Shown piece after piece: positions 20,673 through 31,049 of a stretch of 47,862 bases of DNA (positions within the stretch are counted from its first letter, which is position 1; every line of letters starts with the position of its first letter). Position numbers and translations under genes: made by a program. The notes beneath the pieces were generated by a model. It saw only the letters and a program-made list of their open reading frames with translations, was not told where the DNA came from and made no database searches. The stretch is from a phage: the sequence record OZ346152.1; one strand, given 5' to 3'.

Positions 20673-20703
20673 CTTCAATACTCCTTAGTTGTTGTTGGCT
20701 GTA

Positions 20704-20746
20704 ACTATACACGATCCGACAAGCTGGGTTTAGCAAAAAGTGCTAC
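20704..20746 (-). promoter_or_regulatory. box-type promoter unit (box, N18, TATAGT) firing leftward into the lipoprotein locus
   Basis: Minus-strand GTAGCACTTTTTGCTAAAC, 18 nt, TATAGT about 30 nt upstream of the lipoprotein RBS. Confidence 0.5.
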
Positions 20747-20869
20747 ATGTTATTTTTTGTTTTACAGTGTTATCTGATTTAAGACGGCGTAAATTTAGCG
20801 CAAATTTTATCCAACATAAGGGCAATAAACAATCAATAAAATAGATATATACATATAAAATCAATAGTT

Positions 20870-21050
20870 TATTTATGTATGTATGTATATTTGTTTTTTC
20901 TTGTTATCTGTGTTTCTTGTGGTTTTGGTTGTTTGTGGTGATTTTTCTTTCTGAGTATCTGTATGTGCCATCATTCATGTGTATGTATATAATCCGGCGT
21001 ATCTGAGAGAACAAGGGAACAAGAAAAATAACACATATTAATCATTAACT
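20870..21050. repeat. AT-rich intergenic element A, paralogous to 41140-41320
   Basis: Shared blocks (tttatttat, tgttttctt, tgtgg-rich run, catgtgtatgtatata..tccggcg, aacagaaaaataaca) in the same order. Confidence 0.6.
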
Positions 21051-21116
21051 TACGTGTCAGATTTGTTTTCTTGCCATCTGAGAACGTTTAGAAAACAGAA
21101 AAAAACAAAACAACTA

Positions 21117-21144
21117 TTGACTAAATCAACCAAATGGCTACAAT
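21117..21144 (+). promoter_or_regulatory. sigma70-type promoter (TTGACT, 16 nt, TACAAT)
   Basis: Near-consensus hexamers about 30 nt upstream of the 21175 ATG. Confidence 0.55.
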
Positions 21145-21174
21145 GCACGCACAAAGCAACTAGGAGCATTAAAG

Positions 21175-22230
21175 ATGAGTGATTTTAACGCCTACACTAG
21201 CGAAGAAATGAGCAATGAGCTTTATCATGATCCTAACGCGTGGACGGCTGAATACGTCAGCGGTTCCAGCTTGGCGGAGATTTACAGCACGTGCCCGGCG
21301 TACTGGAAGTACAAGCCTCGCCAGGAAACTAAGGCACTTGTTTTCGGTACGCAGTCGCATACCAATTTTGAAAGCAAGGAGTTATTCGAAAAAACATATC
21401 GCCGCGCACCGTCGCAGGATGATTTTAAAGATCTGATCACAAGTCAAACGGCGTTGGCCTCAAAGCTGAAATCTTTTGGCCTGAAAGGTACAACTGGTAA
21501 GCAATACCCCGAATTGCTGGAAATGCTGTACAAGTGCGGTGAGGATCTCAATGTATGGTGGCTTATCGAAATGATGGCAGAATGCCAGGCCGCAGCGGAC
21601 GGCGTGCAGCTAATCGACGCGAAAGATTATGATGCCTGTGTAGCGATGCGGCGAGTACTTGAGGCAATACCTGAGCATAATGCTTGCATGAATAGCCCAA
21701 CCGCGCAGCGTGAAATGTCAATATTCGGGATCATCAATGGCGTAAAAGTTAAAGTGCGCCTTGATCACGTTGACGTAAACAAGGATGTAAAGGCCACAAT
21801 CATTAACGGTTACGACGAAAAAGGCCGACCGATTTATGAAGAAGTCATCTATCCAGAAGCTGTGATTATCACTGACTATAAAACAACGGTTAGCGCAAAT
21901 CCGGTTGACTTCCAGCGCCTGGCTTACAATCACGGCTATTATCTCAAAATGGCTTTGCAGCATGATTTATTTAAAAAGGCGTATCCAGACGAGGAAAGGC
22001 CAGTAATTGTGAGATTGCTTGCTCAAGAGAAGAAAGAGCCTTACTTGCCGCTCGCATTCCGAATGAACATTGAGCAATTGAAGATCGGTCGCATCCAGTA
22101 CATGAGCGTGATCAACAAGTTCAACGTTTGCCAACAGTTAGATGAATGGCCTTCGTATGCAAACGGGCAACCAGAAATTGATCTTGATACTCCTGATTGG
22201 GTACGCGCTCAATTCAGGCAGTATCTATGA
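21175..22230 (+). CDS. putative recombination exonuclease (PD-(D/E)xK, RecB/Cas4-like)
   Basis: 351 aa; IITDYKTT motif typical of RecB-family nuclease domains; first gene of an operon with annealing protein and SSB. Confidence 0.45.
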   Translation: MSDFNAYTSEEMSNELYHDPNAWTAEYVSGSSLAEIYSTCPAYWKYKPRQETKALVFGTQSHTNFESKELFEKTYRRAPSQDDFKDLITSQTALASKLKSFGLKGTTGKQYPELLEMLYKCGEDLNVWWLIEMMAECQAAADGVQLIDAKDYDACVAMRRVLEAIPEHNACMNSPTAQREMSIFGIINGVKVKVRLDHVDVNKDVKATIINGYDEKGRPIYEEVIYPEAVIITDYKTTVSANPVDFQRLAYNHGYYLKMALQHDLFKKAYPDEERPVIVRLLAQEKKEPYLPLAFRMNIEQLKIGRIQYMSVINKFNVCQQLDEWPSYANGQPEIDLDTPDWVRAQFRQYL

Positions 22231-22242
22231 CAAACCAAATAA

Positions 22243-22276
22243 ATAGCTAAACTTTTATAATGGTTGGTGATATAAT
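22243..22276 (+). promoter_or_regulatory. candidate promoter with truncated box (AAATAGCTAAAC), 18 nt, extended -10 TGaTATAAT
   Basis: TATAAT at 22271-22276 preceded by TG at 22268-22269; the proximal part of the box sits at the family distance. Confidence 0.4.
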
Positions 22277-22291
22277 TCGCCAACCAGATAA

Positions 22292-22960
<669 letters not shown>

Positions 22961-22965
22961 TAAAC

Positions 22966-22987
22966 GGGGCGCTTGCGCCCCTTTTGT
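22966..22987 (+). terminator. rho-independent terminator / attenuator
   Basis: GGGGCG-CTTG-CGCCCC hairpin plus TTTTGT. Confidence 0.6.
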
Positions 22988-23003
22988 CATAGGAGAAAAC
23001 AAA

Positions 23004-23456
23004 ATGCACGTTATTACAGGTGAGATCCGAAAAGAGCCAAAAGTAAAGCAAATGCCTAACGGCAGCACGCTATATGTTGTTGAGCTTTCCGAACGATATA
23101 AAGACCGTGAAGGCAATTGGCAGTATACAAACTATGTATTTTTCTTTAACGCGAAAACAGACGGCCTGAATGGTTGGTATGCTGAGGCGTTCCAGGTAGG
23201 CAAGGTTATTTCTGTTTCCTGCGATACCTTGCGAGTTGAAACGCGAGAATACAACGGAAAGATTTACAGCACCGTGCAGCCTGGCGGATTTGCAAACCTG
23301 CTATTTAGCCAGCGCGGAGAAAGCCAGCAACAATATCAGCAGCGAACACAAGGAGGCTGGGGGCAACCACAGCAGCAACAGCAACAAAACACTCAACAGC
23401 AGCCACAGCAAAGCAATCAGCCTCCGATTGACTTTGACGACGATATACCATTCTGA
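23004..23456 (+). CDS. ssb: single-stranded DNA-binding protein
   Basis: OB-fold-sized N-terminal part, Gln-rich linker, acidic tail DFDDDIPF; ATG at 23004 with GGAGA RBS (track start 22953 is TTG). Confidence 0.8.
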   Translation: MHVITGEIRKEPKVKQMPNGSTLYVVELSERYKDREGNWQYTNYVFFFNAKTDGLNGWYAEAFQVGKVISVSCDTLRVETREYNGKIYSTVQPGGFANLLFSQRGESQQQYQQRTQGGWGQPQQQQQQNTQQQPQQSNQPPIDFDDDIPF

Positions 23457-23460
23457 TAAC

Positions 23461-23491
23461 AAAAAGCCCCGCATGTGCGGGGCATTTTTTT
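23461..23491. terminator. bidirectional rho-independent terminator
   Basis: GCCCCGCA-TG-TGCGGGGC hairpin flanked by an A-run and a T-run, between convergent ssb and fibre genes. Confidence 0.7.
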
Positions 23492-25868
23492 AGTTAAGAG
23501 TAGTAGGATTGTTGATTAGCTTTGACAGTAAATCTTTTAATTCTGCAACCTCATTTTCAAGTTTGCTTATGCGATCATCACTTTCACGGCATACTTTCAC
23601 AAGCAATCCAGTAACAGCACCATAATCAACAGATAAGAATCTTTCCTCGCCAACTAACTGATTTCCATCCTTAGTTGGACCAGCAAGATCCGTGTACTGA
23701 GTGAATCCGCCAACAGCTTCCGGTATTGCCTCCATTACTTCTTGAGCAATTACCCCAGCATAAGGTAAACCATTCTCCTTAAGCGTGTAAGTGTATCCGC
23801 TCATTTTGCGCAATGATTCAGTCGCGTTTTCAATCTCCTCAATGTTGTCCTTAAGATCTCTGTCAGATACTTGATTGAATGCCGTCGCATTTACAGGGCC
23901 GTTAACTTGAAGATGCTTTGAGTTATCTTTATTTAACTGACCGTAAAAAATCCACCCAGGGCCGTTATCGAAAGCCCACTCAATAACAGACGGTCTATCT
24001 GACCCGTTCCCCCACAATTTGAAACTTGCAGGGTGTGATGAGTTTCCGTCGTTCTGCATATTGAAATACTTACCACTCGGTCGGTCTATCTCTAAACTCG
24101 CCGCCTGTACATATGCTTTTCCCGCAAAGTCTTTCGTACCTAACACAACCCCAGAATCGATAAGTTCAACCTTGCTTTTCGTTATGTCATTTAGAAATAA
24201 CGCACTCGTTCCAGTATCTTTACCTAAAAACCAAAGACGTGTGCCTGCGGAGTTGTACCCTGTTACGTGCAGCGGTTGGTTGTTTGTTGATGCTGTTCCG
24301 TCGATACGAAAACCGCCATTAGCGGTTGTAACTTTAATGCTTGGTACGGTCATAGCGAATGTGCCACTGGCCGCAAGGCCGTTATACGCGATCAGCTTGT
24401 TGTCATACGAAAGGCCGCCATCATCACGCAGCTGTAGCACTTTCTGCGACGTGCGGTTGCGAATGCCAACATCCGTGCCTCCTACAAACATTTCGACGAT
24501 TCGATCACCGCTTTTAGCTCTCACGTAAGCGTTATATTCCGGCGACGACCCCGCGTTATACAACTCGTACCATTTAGACCAGATGCCAGTAGTCGCGTTA
24601 CTAAGCCATCGCATAAAGCGACGCCCGCTATTGTATCCTGTAAACGTCTGTATGCAGCTTTTAGGATCGTTAGCGCCAGTGCGCTGAACAAGTAGACAAC
24701 CTGCTTCCTGAACGGGATAATTACGCTCCGGCGTTGCGTTGGCAGATAAGCTAGTATAATAAAATCCAGCCTTATCACCCTGAAGGATGTTAAGGTCTTC
24801 ACTAACCAACGTTGCCCGGCGCTCATGCATGACCTGAAGGTTTGCGCGCGCTCCCTGGTCGTTCGATGCTCCTGTCCCGCCGTCACCGATCGCCACGTCA
24901 CCATTAGCACCCAGCTTCGCCAGTTCAATGGCACCCACATTTCCAGATGAGCCGTTAATCGCGGCATTGTTTCCAGCGAAAACCTTCACGCGAGAGGTCA
25001 GGTAGTCAACGTTAAACGCAAAAAATGTGTCACCAGCACCCCCGCACACCCCAGGACCATATTTGAACGGCGTCATCTCGCCCGAAGGGAACTGAGAAAT
25101 ATCATCAACGCGCCAAAAGCCGCCTTTGACCGAATCGCGCAACCGCTTGAGCATATCCCTTACGCCAGTCGGCGCAGGTAATGTTACACCCGCATACGGC
25201 ACTCTATTTTGAGCTTCTGAACTTTCAGCAGCAGCCGCTGCGCGATCAGCCTCTGTTTTAGCCTTGTTTGCACTGTTTGCAGCATTAGTTTCCGATGTTT
25301 TAGCGTTTGTTTCAGAAGTCTTCGCGGCACTAGCCGAGTTAGCAGCATTAGTTTCCGATGTTTTAGCCGCATTCTTACTTGCATTAGCTGCATTTTCAGA
25401 TGCTTTGGCATTAGTTTCCGATGTTTTAGCGTTTGTTTCAGAAGTCTTTGCAGCACTAGCGCTCTGTTTTGCTGATTCAGCGCCTTGTTTCACCTGATTC
25501 ACAAGATCTTTCAACCCATCAAGATCGAAATCTCTAAAAAATTCAAGCGCGTCAGCAATCTCCGTTTCCTTGCTTTGATAGTAACGCAGTGTTTCCGCTA
25601 CGTCCTGCGCCAGCCCGTCAACCGTCAACGAGTCATGAAGCAAGATCAGGTAATTTGTCTTCTGGACTACCGCGCCGCCAGTAGTAATTGCGCGAATGCT
25701 TGTATCGCTAATCACCTCTGTAATCACAGCAGCTTGCAAAGGTTGAGTAAGAAAGAAAATAGTTGCACCTGGGCGAATCAATGTTAATTGCTCACGCCAT
25801 TTTGTATCGTAACCAGTTACATAACCTTGCGCGTCCATAGACGCTTGGCCTTGTCTGTAAATCGCCAT
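23490..25868 (-). CDS. side tail fibre with C-terminal intramolecular chaperone (S74-like) domain
   Basis: 792 aa from ATG at 25868 with AGGAGG RBS (track start 25892 is GTG); N-terminal SETNAK-type repeats; C-terminal [24 protein letters not shown]. Confidence 0.75.
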   Translation of the reverse strand: MAIYRQGQASMDAQGYVTGYDTKWREQLTLIRPGATIFFLTQPLQAAVITEVISDTSIRAITTGGAVVQKTNYLILLHDSLTVDGLAQDVAETLRYYQSKETEIADALEFFRDFDLDGLKDLVNQVKQGAESAKQSASAAKTSETNAKTSETNAKASENAANASKNAAKTSETNAANSASAAKTSETNAKTSETNAANSANKAKTEADRAAAAAESSEAQNRVPYAGVTLPAPTGVRDMLKRLRDSVKGGFWRVDDISQFPSGEMTPFKYGPGVCGGAGDTFFAFNVDYLTSRVKVFAGNNAAINGSSGNVGAIELAKLGANGDVAIGDGGTGASNDQGARANLQVMHERRATLVSEDLNILQGDKAGFYYTSLSANATPERNYPVQEAGCLLVQRTGANDPKSCIQTFTGYNSGRRFMRWLSNATTGIWSKWYELYNAGSSPEYNAYVRAKSGDRIVEMFVGGTDVGIRNRTSQKVLQLRDDGGLSYDNKLIAYNGLAASGTFAMTVPSIKVTTANGGFRIDGTASTNNQPLHVTGYNSAGTRLWFLGKDTGTSALFLNDITKSKVELIDSGVVLGTKDFAGKAYVQAASLEIDRPSGKYFNMQNDGNSSHPASFKLWGNGSDRPSVIEWAFDNGPGWIFYGQLNKDNSKHLQVNGPVNATAFNQVSDRDLKDNIEEIENATESLRKMSGYTYTLKENGLPYAGVIAQEVMEAIPEAVGGFTQYTDLAGPTKDGNQLVGEERFLSVDYGAVTGLLVKVCRESDDRISKLENEVAELKDLLSKLINNPTTLN
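25282..25460. repeat. imperfect tandem repeat, period about 63 bp, three copies, coding
   Basis: Near-identical blocks gcattagtttccgatgttttagc.. at 25282, 25345 and 25408 encoding the fibre's TSETNAK repeats. Confidence 0.7.
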
Positions 25869-25885
25869 TTGTAAAATCCTCCTAA

Positions 25886-25905
25886 ATAGCACTTTTTGCT
25901 AATGA
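25886..25905 (+). promoter_or_regulatory. box-motif copy (variant ATAGCACTTTTTGCTAATGA), orphan, abutting the side-fibre SD on the opposite strand
   Basis: Diverged proximal half and no -10 at N18 on the plus strand. Confidence 0.3.
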
Positions 25906-25933
25906 CAATGCAGATAATAGCATTTTCAAGTGC

Positions 25934-25958
25934 AAAAAAAAACCCCGCATAAGCGGGG
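25934..25958 (-). terminator. rho-independent terminator (minus strand)
   Basis: CCCCGC-ATAA-GCGGGG hairpin with a plus-strand A-run upstream, i.e. a T-run on the minus strand. Confidence 0.65.
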
Positions 25959-25974
25959 CAATACTAGCGGAGTT

Positions 25975-26904
25975 TTATAGCAGTGATTCGGGCTTGTAGA
26001 GTTTTCTTTCTACGCCCTGTTTAAAATTATCGTTAACAGGCATCATTATGTCAAGACCTCTTTCCTCTGCCGCGATTATCACATCACGATCATCTTTCCG
26101 GCAGACTACGCGCATTCTTCTTTCTCCTTTATATCTATGCGCAACCATTTCAAGATTTGAAGGAGTAAAACAGGCCCACACCTCTTGACCAGTTGATAAA
26201 TGAACGTGTTGGGAGTCAACCCAATCAAGGCACAAATAGATCGTCTTATCCGTGCTACCTGTTTTAACAACAGATCCGCGCGTGTAGTCGCGAGCTAAAA
26301 ACCAATCCTTTCCATCCTCATCAATGAAAAGCACGTTACACATTTCATCATCCAGCCCGTCATCATGCACCAGGTGACAAGGTAGCGCGTGAATGTATCG
26401 ACCATCCTTGACGCCGCAATCATAATGACAATCTTCCGGCGGATATATCCCCTCATAAACGCTTAAAGGTGTGCGATCGAATTTTAATGTTTTTGCCATC
26501 ACTTTTTCGCAGCATTCATGACTTGCCTGTTTCCCGAACGAGTAGCCAGAAGAACGTGAAGCGCGTTTGTTTGCTCTGATCCTGTAATCTTGTGGCACTT
26601 TGCCGAGGAAGCGGCCCAAAATGTTGATGGCCTCGCTGTAAGGTTCGCCAGTCAATTTCATTAACCAACCGATTCCAGTGTCGTTACCGCACACGTTGCA
26701 GATCGCGCCGCCGTCGCCCTCTTCGTTTAGCTTATCAGTCCATCTAAAACGATCCTTACCGCCGCAGTGTGGGCAAGGCTGATGCTTTTTGTTGAAAACA
26801 TCGCTATGCAGTCCGCAAATGCTTTGTAATGCTTCACGCCATAACCCCTTCATATATGGCAAAACGTCTTCTTTCTGATAGGTCATAAAGTTTTCAGTAT
26901 TCAT
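25975..26904 (-). CDS. DNA primase (putative, zinc-ribbon type)
   Basis: 309 aa from ATG at 26904 (track start 26931 is TTG); CPHCGG..CNVCG zinc ribbon near the N-terminus; adjacent to the helicase. Confidence 0.5.
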   Translation of the reverse strand: MNTENFMTYQKEDVLPYMKGLWREALQSICGLHSDVFNKKHQPCPHCGGKDRFRWTDKLNEEGDGGAICNVCGNDTGIGWLMKLTGEPYSEAINILGRFLGKVPQDYRIRANKRASRSSGYSFGKQASHECCEKVMAKTLKFDRTPLSVYEGIYPPEDCHYDCGVKDGRYIHALPCHLVHDDGLDDEMCNVLFIDEDGKDWFLARDYTRGSVVKTGSTDKTIYLCLDWVDSQHVHLSTGQEVWACFTPSNLEMVAHRYKGERRMRVVCRKDDRDVIIAAEERGLDIMMPVNDNFKQGVERKLYKPESLL

Positions 26905-26912
26905 AGCAACCT

Positions 26913-26951
26913 CAATAAAAAAGCCCAGCAAATATTATCATTTCGCTGGGC
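26913..26951 (-). terminator. rho-independent terminator (minus strand)
   Basis: GCCCAGC..GCTGGGC hairpin followed on the minus strand by TTTTTTATT. Confidence 0.55.
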
Positions 26952-26958
26952 CTTATCA

Positions 26959-27435
26959 TTAGCTATTCGTGCTGTTATCACCTTTGTAGAATCGTCCGCC
27001 TGGTTCGTAGTCTGAATTTTTGACTACGCGCAACATTTCGTATTTGTCGCAACGGGTAGTAAGGGGCTTACCGTTAGAGTCAAACCGCAGGTCTGGACGA
27101 CAAAACGAGGCGCGGTATCCTTTGCATCCATTATATTTGTAGTCGTTATGCACTTTTTGTGCTCCGGCGGCTGAAATCATACCACGCTTTCGCCATTGGT
27201 TAACTACTTGCTGAGATACGCGCAGACGTCGAGCCATAGCAGGAACACCGCCGTAATACTCGATCAGAATGTCAAGGCGAGATTTCAGGCTTGCTTTTAC
27301 CTCATCTCGCAGGATAAGAAATCCGGTTCGGTGTTTTCGTGGCTTTTTGTCTTTACCTCGTCGCGTTCCGTTGTTACCGTTAATAGTGCGCTTGTCGATC
27401 TCACCCGTAGACACTGCAATTCGTGCATCTTTCAT
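26959..27435 (-). CDS. HTH DNA-binding protein (Cro/XRE-like helix flanked by basic and Cys-containing segments)
   Basis: 158 aa; MARRLRVSQQVVNQWRKRG helix-turn-helix-like segment; N-terminal KKPRKHR; GAGGTG RBS. Confidence 0.4.
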   Translation of the reverse strand: MKDARIAVSTGEIDKRTINGNNGTRRGKDKKPRKHRTGFLILRDEVKASLKSRLDILIEYYGGVPAMARRLRVSQQVVNQWRKRGMISAAGAQKVHNDYKYNGCKGYRASFCRPDLRFDSNGKPLTTRCDKYEMLRVVKNSDYEPGGRFYKGDNSTNS

Positions 27436-27446
27436 CTAGTCACCTC

Positions 27447-27490
27447 ATAGCATTTTTTGTTAAAACAGTTTATTGTAATGAGTCTATTAT
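27447..27490 (+). promoter_or_regulatory. box-type promoter unit (box, N18, TATTAT) for the helicase operon
   Basis: ATAGCATTTTTTGTTAAAAC at 27447-27466, 18 nt, TATTAT at 27485-27490, ATG at 27523. Confidence 0.55.
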
Positions 27491-27522
27491 ATACTCCAAA
27501 TGGCATTTTTTAAAGGTTTAAG

Positions 27523-29520
27523 ATGATTCCAAATATCGAAAAACAAATATCGGCGTTAGGCGAAGCAGTAATAAAAAGCATCCAAGAGCGATTCACGGTT
27601 GGCAATATAGTGCCTTATCCTTATCAGTGCGTTGCGTATGCCGAGATCGCAAAGCGCATGAAAAACTATGAACATCCTTTCTTTGTTAAGGCTTCTGTGT
27701 CGGCTGGCAAAACATTGATGTTTGCGATGGTTGCGGCGCAATGCCGCAAAATGGGATTGAAAATGATGGTGCTTGCTCGCCAGGCTGAAATTGTTGATCA
27801 GGATTCGGAAGAGATCAGCAATCTTGGCGTGCCAAACTCAATCTATTGCGCCGGACTGAAAACAAAAAGCGCATACTTTCCGATCGTAGTCGGTTCTGAG
27901 GGCACTGTAGTAAACGGATTGTTTAAGTCGTTAGGTGATTATGTTCCGCACGTTATCGGTATTGATGAATGTCACCAGGTGGATTGGGAGGATCTCGCGG
28001 ACGCGATAGAAAATAATGAATCTTACCAGCAGATGACCACTAAGAAGGATTTGCCTGTACTGATTGGAGAAGAACAGCAATTTGATTCCAATGGCGATCC
28101 AATGTTCGGAACAGGGCGCACACAGTACACCGTAATAATCATGGAAATGATGCGCAGGTGTCGCGAGGCATACGGGCACGAATTGCGAATATTCGGTATG
28201 ACTGGATCTGAGTTTCGCGGCGTGGTTCCAATACTGGTTGAAGATAAGAACAAAAAGGGATTCTGGCGTGAGCAGGTGACTAACATAGACACAAACTACT
28301 TAATCAAATTTGGTTCGGTAGTGCCAACAAATTTCGGCGACGTAGGCGACCTGGGGTATGACCTTTCAGAGTTCGAAGCCAGTAGCGAGGATGGCGTTTC
28401 AGACTTTGACTCTAAAACATTGCGCAAGATGGAAGAAAAGATCCATCAAGACGCAACAATGACACAGAAAATCATGGCTAAAGTCCATGAGATATGCAAA
28501 GACAGGAACGGAGTTTTAGTTACATGCGCAGGGGAAAGGCACTGCAAGGAGGCCGCCGCCGCACTGCCGCCAGGCGTTGAATACAGGATCATAACTGGCA
28601 AGACTGGAGATAATCAGCGTAAAGAGTGGCTAAGGGAGGCATACGAGGGAAAAGTAAAATACATCTTCCAGGTACAGGCGCTTACCACTGGCGTTAACGT
28701 TCCGTTTTGGGATACTTCGGTAATACTGAGAAAGATAGGATCTCTAACATTGCTTATCCAGCTTTTGGGGCGCGGTATGCGACTGCTTAAGCAATGGCAC
28801 ATTGAGCAGGGATTCAAGAAAAAAGATCATCTTGTATTGGATTTTGCAGGCACTATGGATGAGTTAGGGGATTTGTATTTCGATCCAATTCTTGAGCAAG
28901 CGCAATTTCAAAAGAGATTTACAAACGGGAAAGAGCCTAAGACTTGCCCGATATGTGGAACACTAAACAGCTTTTACGCTCGCCGATGTATGCACGTAGA
29001 CGATAACGGGAAACGATGCGAGCATTTTTGGACTTACAGAATTTGCGAGGACCAGGTAGATCCGAGAACGAAAAAGATAATCAAGCGCGGTTGCGGAACA
29101 AAAAACGACGTGGTGGCGAGGGTGTGCCGTTGTTGCGATATTTCTCTTGTCGATCCTAACGAGAAGTTAAGCGGCAAGCACTACACCAAAAACGATTGGT
29201 GCAACGTTAAATCTTTCCGCGTTGATATGACGAAAAACCAAAAAGGAATTGTTTTTTGCTATGAGCTTGAGGCCAACGGCGACACGTTCAAGGCATACGA
29301 AAGATTTTTCCCTGAGTCAGAAAGCAACATTTGCCGGACGATATGGAGAAAAATAGCATTGCAGCACATACCGGATCGTAAGATTGCTGGTATGGTGGCG
29401 AGCTATAGAAATGCGCGTAAAATAATGTCATACGCTCATCACATCATGCCGCCTGTACGCGTAACGCATCGCAAAAACGGCAAAGGTGAGGATAACATTG
29501 CAAAACGGGAGTTTGTTTAA
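27523..29520 (+). CDS. SF2 helicase (DExH-type) with C-terminal zinc-ribbon region
   Basis: Walker A SAGKT, motif II IGIDECHQ, Cys-rich C-terminus (CPICG..C..C). Confidence 0.75.
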   Translation: MIPNIEKQISALGEAVIKSIQERFTVGNIVPYPYQCVAYAEIAKRMKNYEHPFFVKASVSAGKTLMFAMVAAQCRKMGLKMMVLARQAEIVDQDSEEISNLGVPNSIYCAGLKTKSAYFPIVVGSEGTVVNGLFKSLGDYVPHVIGIDECHQVDWEDLADAIENNESYQQMTTKKDLPVLIGEEQQFDSNGDPMFGTGRTQYTVIIMEMMRRCREAYGHELRIFGMTGSEFRGVVPILVEDKNKKGFWREQVTNIDTNYLIKFGSVVPTNFGDVGDLGYDLSEFEASSEDGVSDFDSKTLRKMEEKIHQDATMTQKIMAKVHEICKDRNGVLVTCAGERHCKEAAAALPPGVEYRIITGKTGDNQRKEWLREAYEGKVKYIFQVQALTTGVNVPFWDTSVILRKIGSLTLLIQLLGRGMRLLKQWHIEQGFKKKDHLVLDFAGTMDELGDLYFDPILEQAQFQKRFTNGKEPKTCPICGTLNSFYARRCMHVDDNGKRCEHFWTYRICEDQVDPRTKKIIKRGCGTKNDVVARVCRCCDISLVDPNEKLSGKHYTKNDWCNVKSFRVDMTKNQKGIVFCYELEANGDTFKAYERFFPESESNICRTIWRKIALQHIPDRKIAGMVASYRNARKIMSYAHHIMPPVRVTHRKNGKGEDNIAKREFV

Positions 29521-29939
29521 TGGCTATAACTGATAAAGGAGATTATCTTGAGTTTTACGAAAGAGATCCAACCGACACAAGAAGGGAGGTTAATCACCAG
29601 ATAGATAGTTTTCAGTGGTTGACTTATGCTCATCCTTACTTGCTGGCGTGGCATACGGTAAACGAGAATGAGAAGTCTAAAGTAACGGCTATGATTGATC
29701 AGCAGTCCGGCTTGGTTAAGGGAGTAAGCGATTTCATCATCCTGATTGGTTTAAACGGAAAATACCCCTTTGCAGCGATTGAGATCAAACGAGTGAATAA
29801 ATCAGGCAAGGGGAAAGCATCACCAGTCAGCGATGAGCAAAAGGCTTTTTTGCGTCGCGTTCGCAGCTTAGGAGGATTCGCTGCGGTAGCCTACGGATTC
29901 AATCAGTTTAAGTTGGCTATTGAATACATGCTTAAATAG
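29520..29939 (+). CDS. VRR-NUC domain nuclease
   Basis: 139 aa; D..E.K core (SDFIIL..AIEIKR); TAATG-coupled to the helicase; TAG stop inside a box. Confidence 0.55.
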   Translation: MAITDKGDYLEFYERDPTDTRREVNHQIDSFQWLTYAHPYLLAWHTVNENEKSKVTAMIDQQSGLVKGVSDFIILIGLNGKYPFAAIEIKRVNKSGKGKASPVSDEQKAFLRRVRSLGGFAAVAYGFNQFKLAIEYMLK

Positions 29940-29979
29940 CACTTTTTGTTAAAACTGGCGCAATGGATTGCGCCATAAT
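29936..29979 (+). promoter_or_regulatory. box-type promoter unit (box, N18 hairpin, CATAAT)
   Basis: Consensus box at 29936-29955; spacer TGGCGCAATGGATTGCGC is an inverted repeat; CATAAT at 29974-29979. Confidence 0.55.
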
Positions 29980-30018
29980 TCAATAACACGAGATTGCTTT
30001 TAATAGCGGAGAAATGAA

Positions 30019-30744
30019 ATGGCTAAAGATATTTTAGATAAAGACACCCATGACGCATTCGTTAGCTTTGAGCAGTTGGAGAGAGAAACGTTTATAGGGA
30101 ATGCCCTTGCAACTGGAGGCCATTACCAGGCAGTAAAGCCAAATCAATATTATAAGGTAAGCGGCAACCGATACGCTGGAAGCACCACGCCTGACGTTGT
30201 GCGCGATATGTGGAGCACGCCTCAAGAGATCGTGGAGTGGATGGAATCAGAATTTGGTGAATACGATCTCGACGCGGCAGCAAGCCAGGAAAACGCAGTT
30301 TGCGAGAAGTTCTATAGCAAGGAAACAAACTGCTTAAAGCGTTGGTGGGGTAGCAACAAGCACGTATGGCTTAACCCGCCGTACAGCAACCCAACTCCAT
30401 TTATCAAGAAAGCAATTGAGCAAATGGAGCACAACAACCAAATTGATGTTTTGTTGCCAGCCGACAACTCTACAGCATGGTTTTATGAGGCACAGAAAAA
30501 CGCGGCTGAAATCATCTGGATCACTGGCGAGGTTTACGAAGAGGGTGGAGTAGAATACTCCCGCACCGGAAGAATAGCCTTTGTGTCTGGATTGACTGGC
30601 GAGCCTGTGCAGGGCAACAATAAGGGAAGCGTGATTTTTGTCATGCGCAAACTTAAAGAAGGCGAGGAGCAGAAAACGCGATACGTTAAGATCAGCGATA
30701 TTTGCCCTTCTGTAACCGAACGCCGCGCGCGCAAACGGAGCTAA
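30019..30744 (+). CDS. dam: DNA N6-adenine methyltransferase (phage Dam-type)
   Basis: 241 aa; catalytic NPPY motif (WLNPPYS); GGAGA RBS. Confidence 0.7.
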   Translation: MAKDILDKDTHDAFVSFEQLERETFIGNALATGGHYQAVKPNQYYKVSGNRYAGSTTPDVVRDMWSTPQEIVEWMESEFGEYDLDAAASQENAVCEKFYSKETNCLKRWWGSNKHVWLNPPYSNPTPFIKKAIEQMEHNNQIDVLLPADNSTAWFYEAQKNAAEIIWITGEVYEEGGVEYSRTGRIAFVSGLTGEPVQGNNKGSVIFVMRKLKEGEEQKTRYVKISDICPSVTERRARKRS

Positions 30745-30748
30745 CACG

Positions 30749-31006
30749 ATGAAAAAAGAGAGAAGCGTTTATTTAAATGAAACTGGCGAATGGTTGTTAT
30801 TTCGCGCTATGGTGTGCGATGCACTTGATAAAAATCCTAACGTGAAAAAGATGATTGATTGCGATCCGTGGGAATTTTCAAGCGCATTAGATATGAGCTT
30901 TGAGGAGACAAGAAAACTCCCGCTTGAAAAATGGCACGAACAAATCAGAAATGACATGCAAGAGTTTGTCGATTCGTGGAATTTTCAGCACGGAATGATC
31001 CACTAA
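30749..31006 (+). CDS. hypothetical protein
   Basis: 85 aa; GGAG RBS; stop TAA-TAG merges into a box. Confidence 0.4.
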   Translation: MKKERSVYLNETGEWLLFRAMVCDALDKNPNVKKMIDCDPWEFSSALDMSFEETRKLPLEKWHEQIRNDMQEFVDSWNFQHGMIH

Positions 31007-31049
31007 TAGCACTTTTTGTTAAAACGCCCGGCCTAGTGTCGGGCATAAT
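31006..31049 (+). promoter_or_regulatory. box-type promoter unit (box, N18 hairpin GCCCGGCCTAGTGTCGGG, CATAAT)
   Basis: The whole 44-bp unit is nearly identical, in inverted orientation, to the unit at 34223-34266. Confidence 0.55.

Noticed and set aside
25282-25460. Tandem repeat region as a CRISPR array or mobile-element terminal repeat
   Set aside because: The repeats are about 63 bp, contiguous without spacers, and lie in frame inside the side tail fibre gene, encoding repeated peptide units.
25184-25497. Track ORFs 25184..25456 (-) and 25264..25497 (+) as genes
   Set aside because: Both are low-complexity frames generated by the repeat region inside the 792-aa fibre gene.
27447-27490. 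The box as an ordinary sigma70 -35 element
   Set aside because: TTGTTA would sit 22 nt from the -10 and TTAAAA 19 nt; neither is a good -35 match at a good spacing, and the conservation extends over 20 bp rather than 6.
29936-29955. The box as a rho-independent terminator, since it sits right at gene ends
   Set aside because: The box has no dyad symmetry and no U-run after a stem; the hairpins are in the spacer downstream and vary in sequence, and a -10-like hexamer follows at a fixed distance, so a promoter reading fits better.
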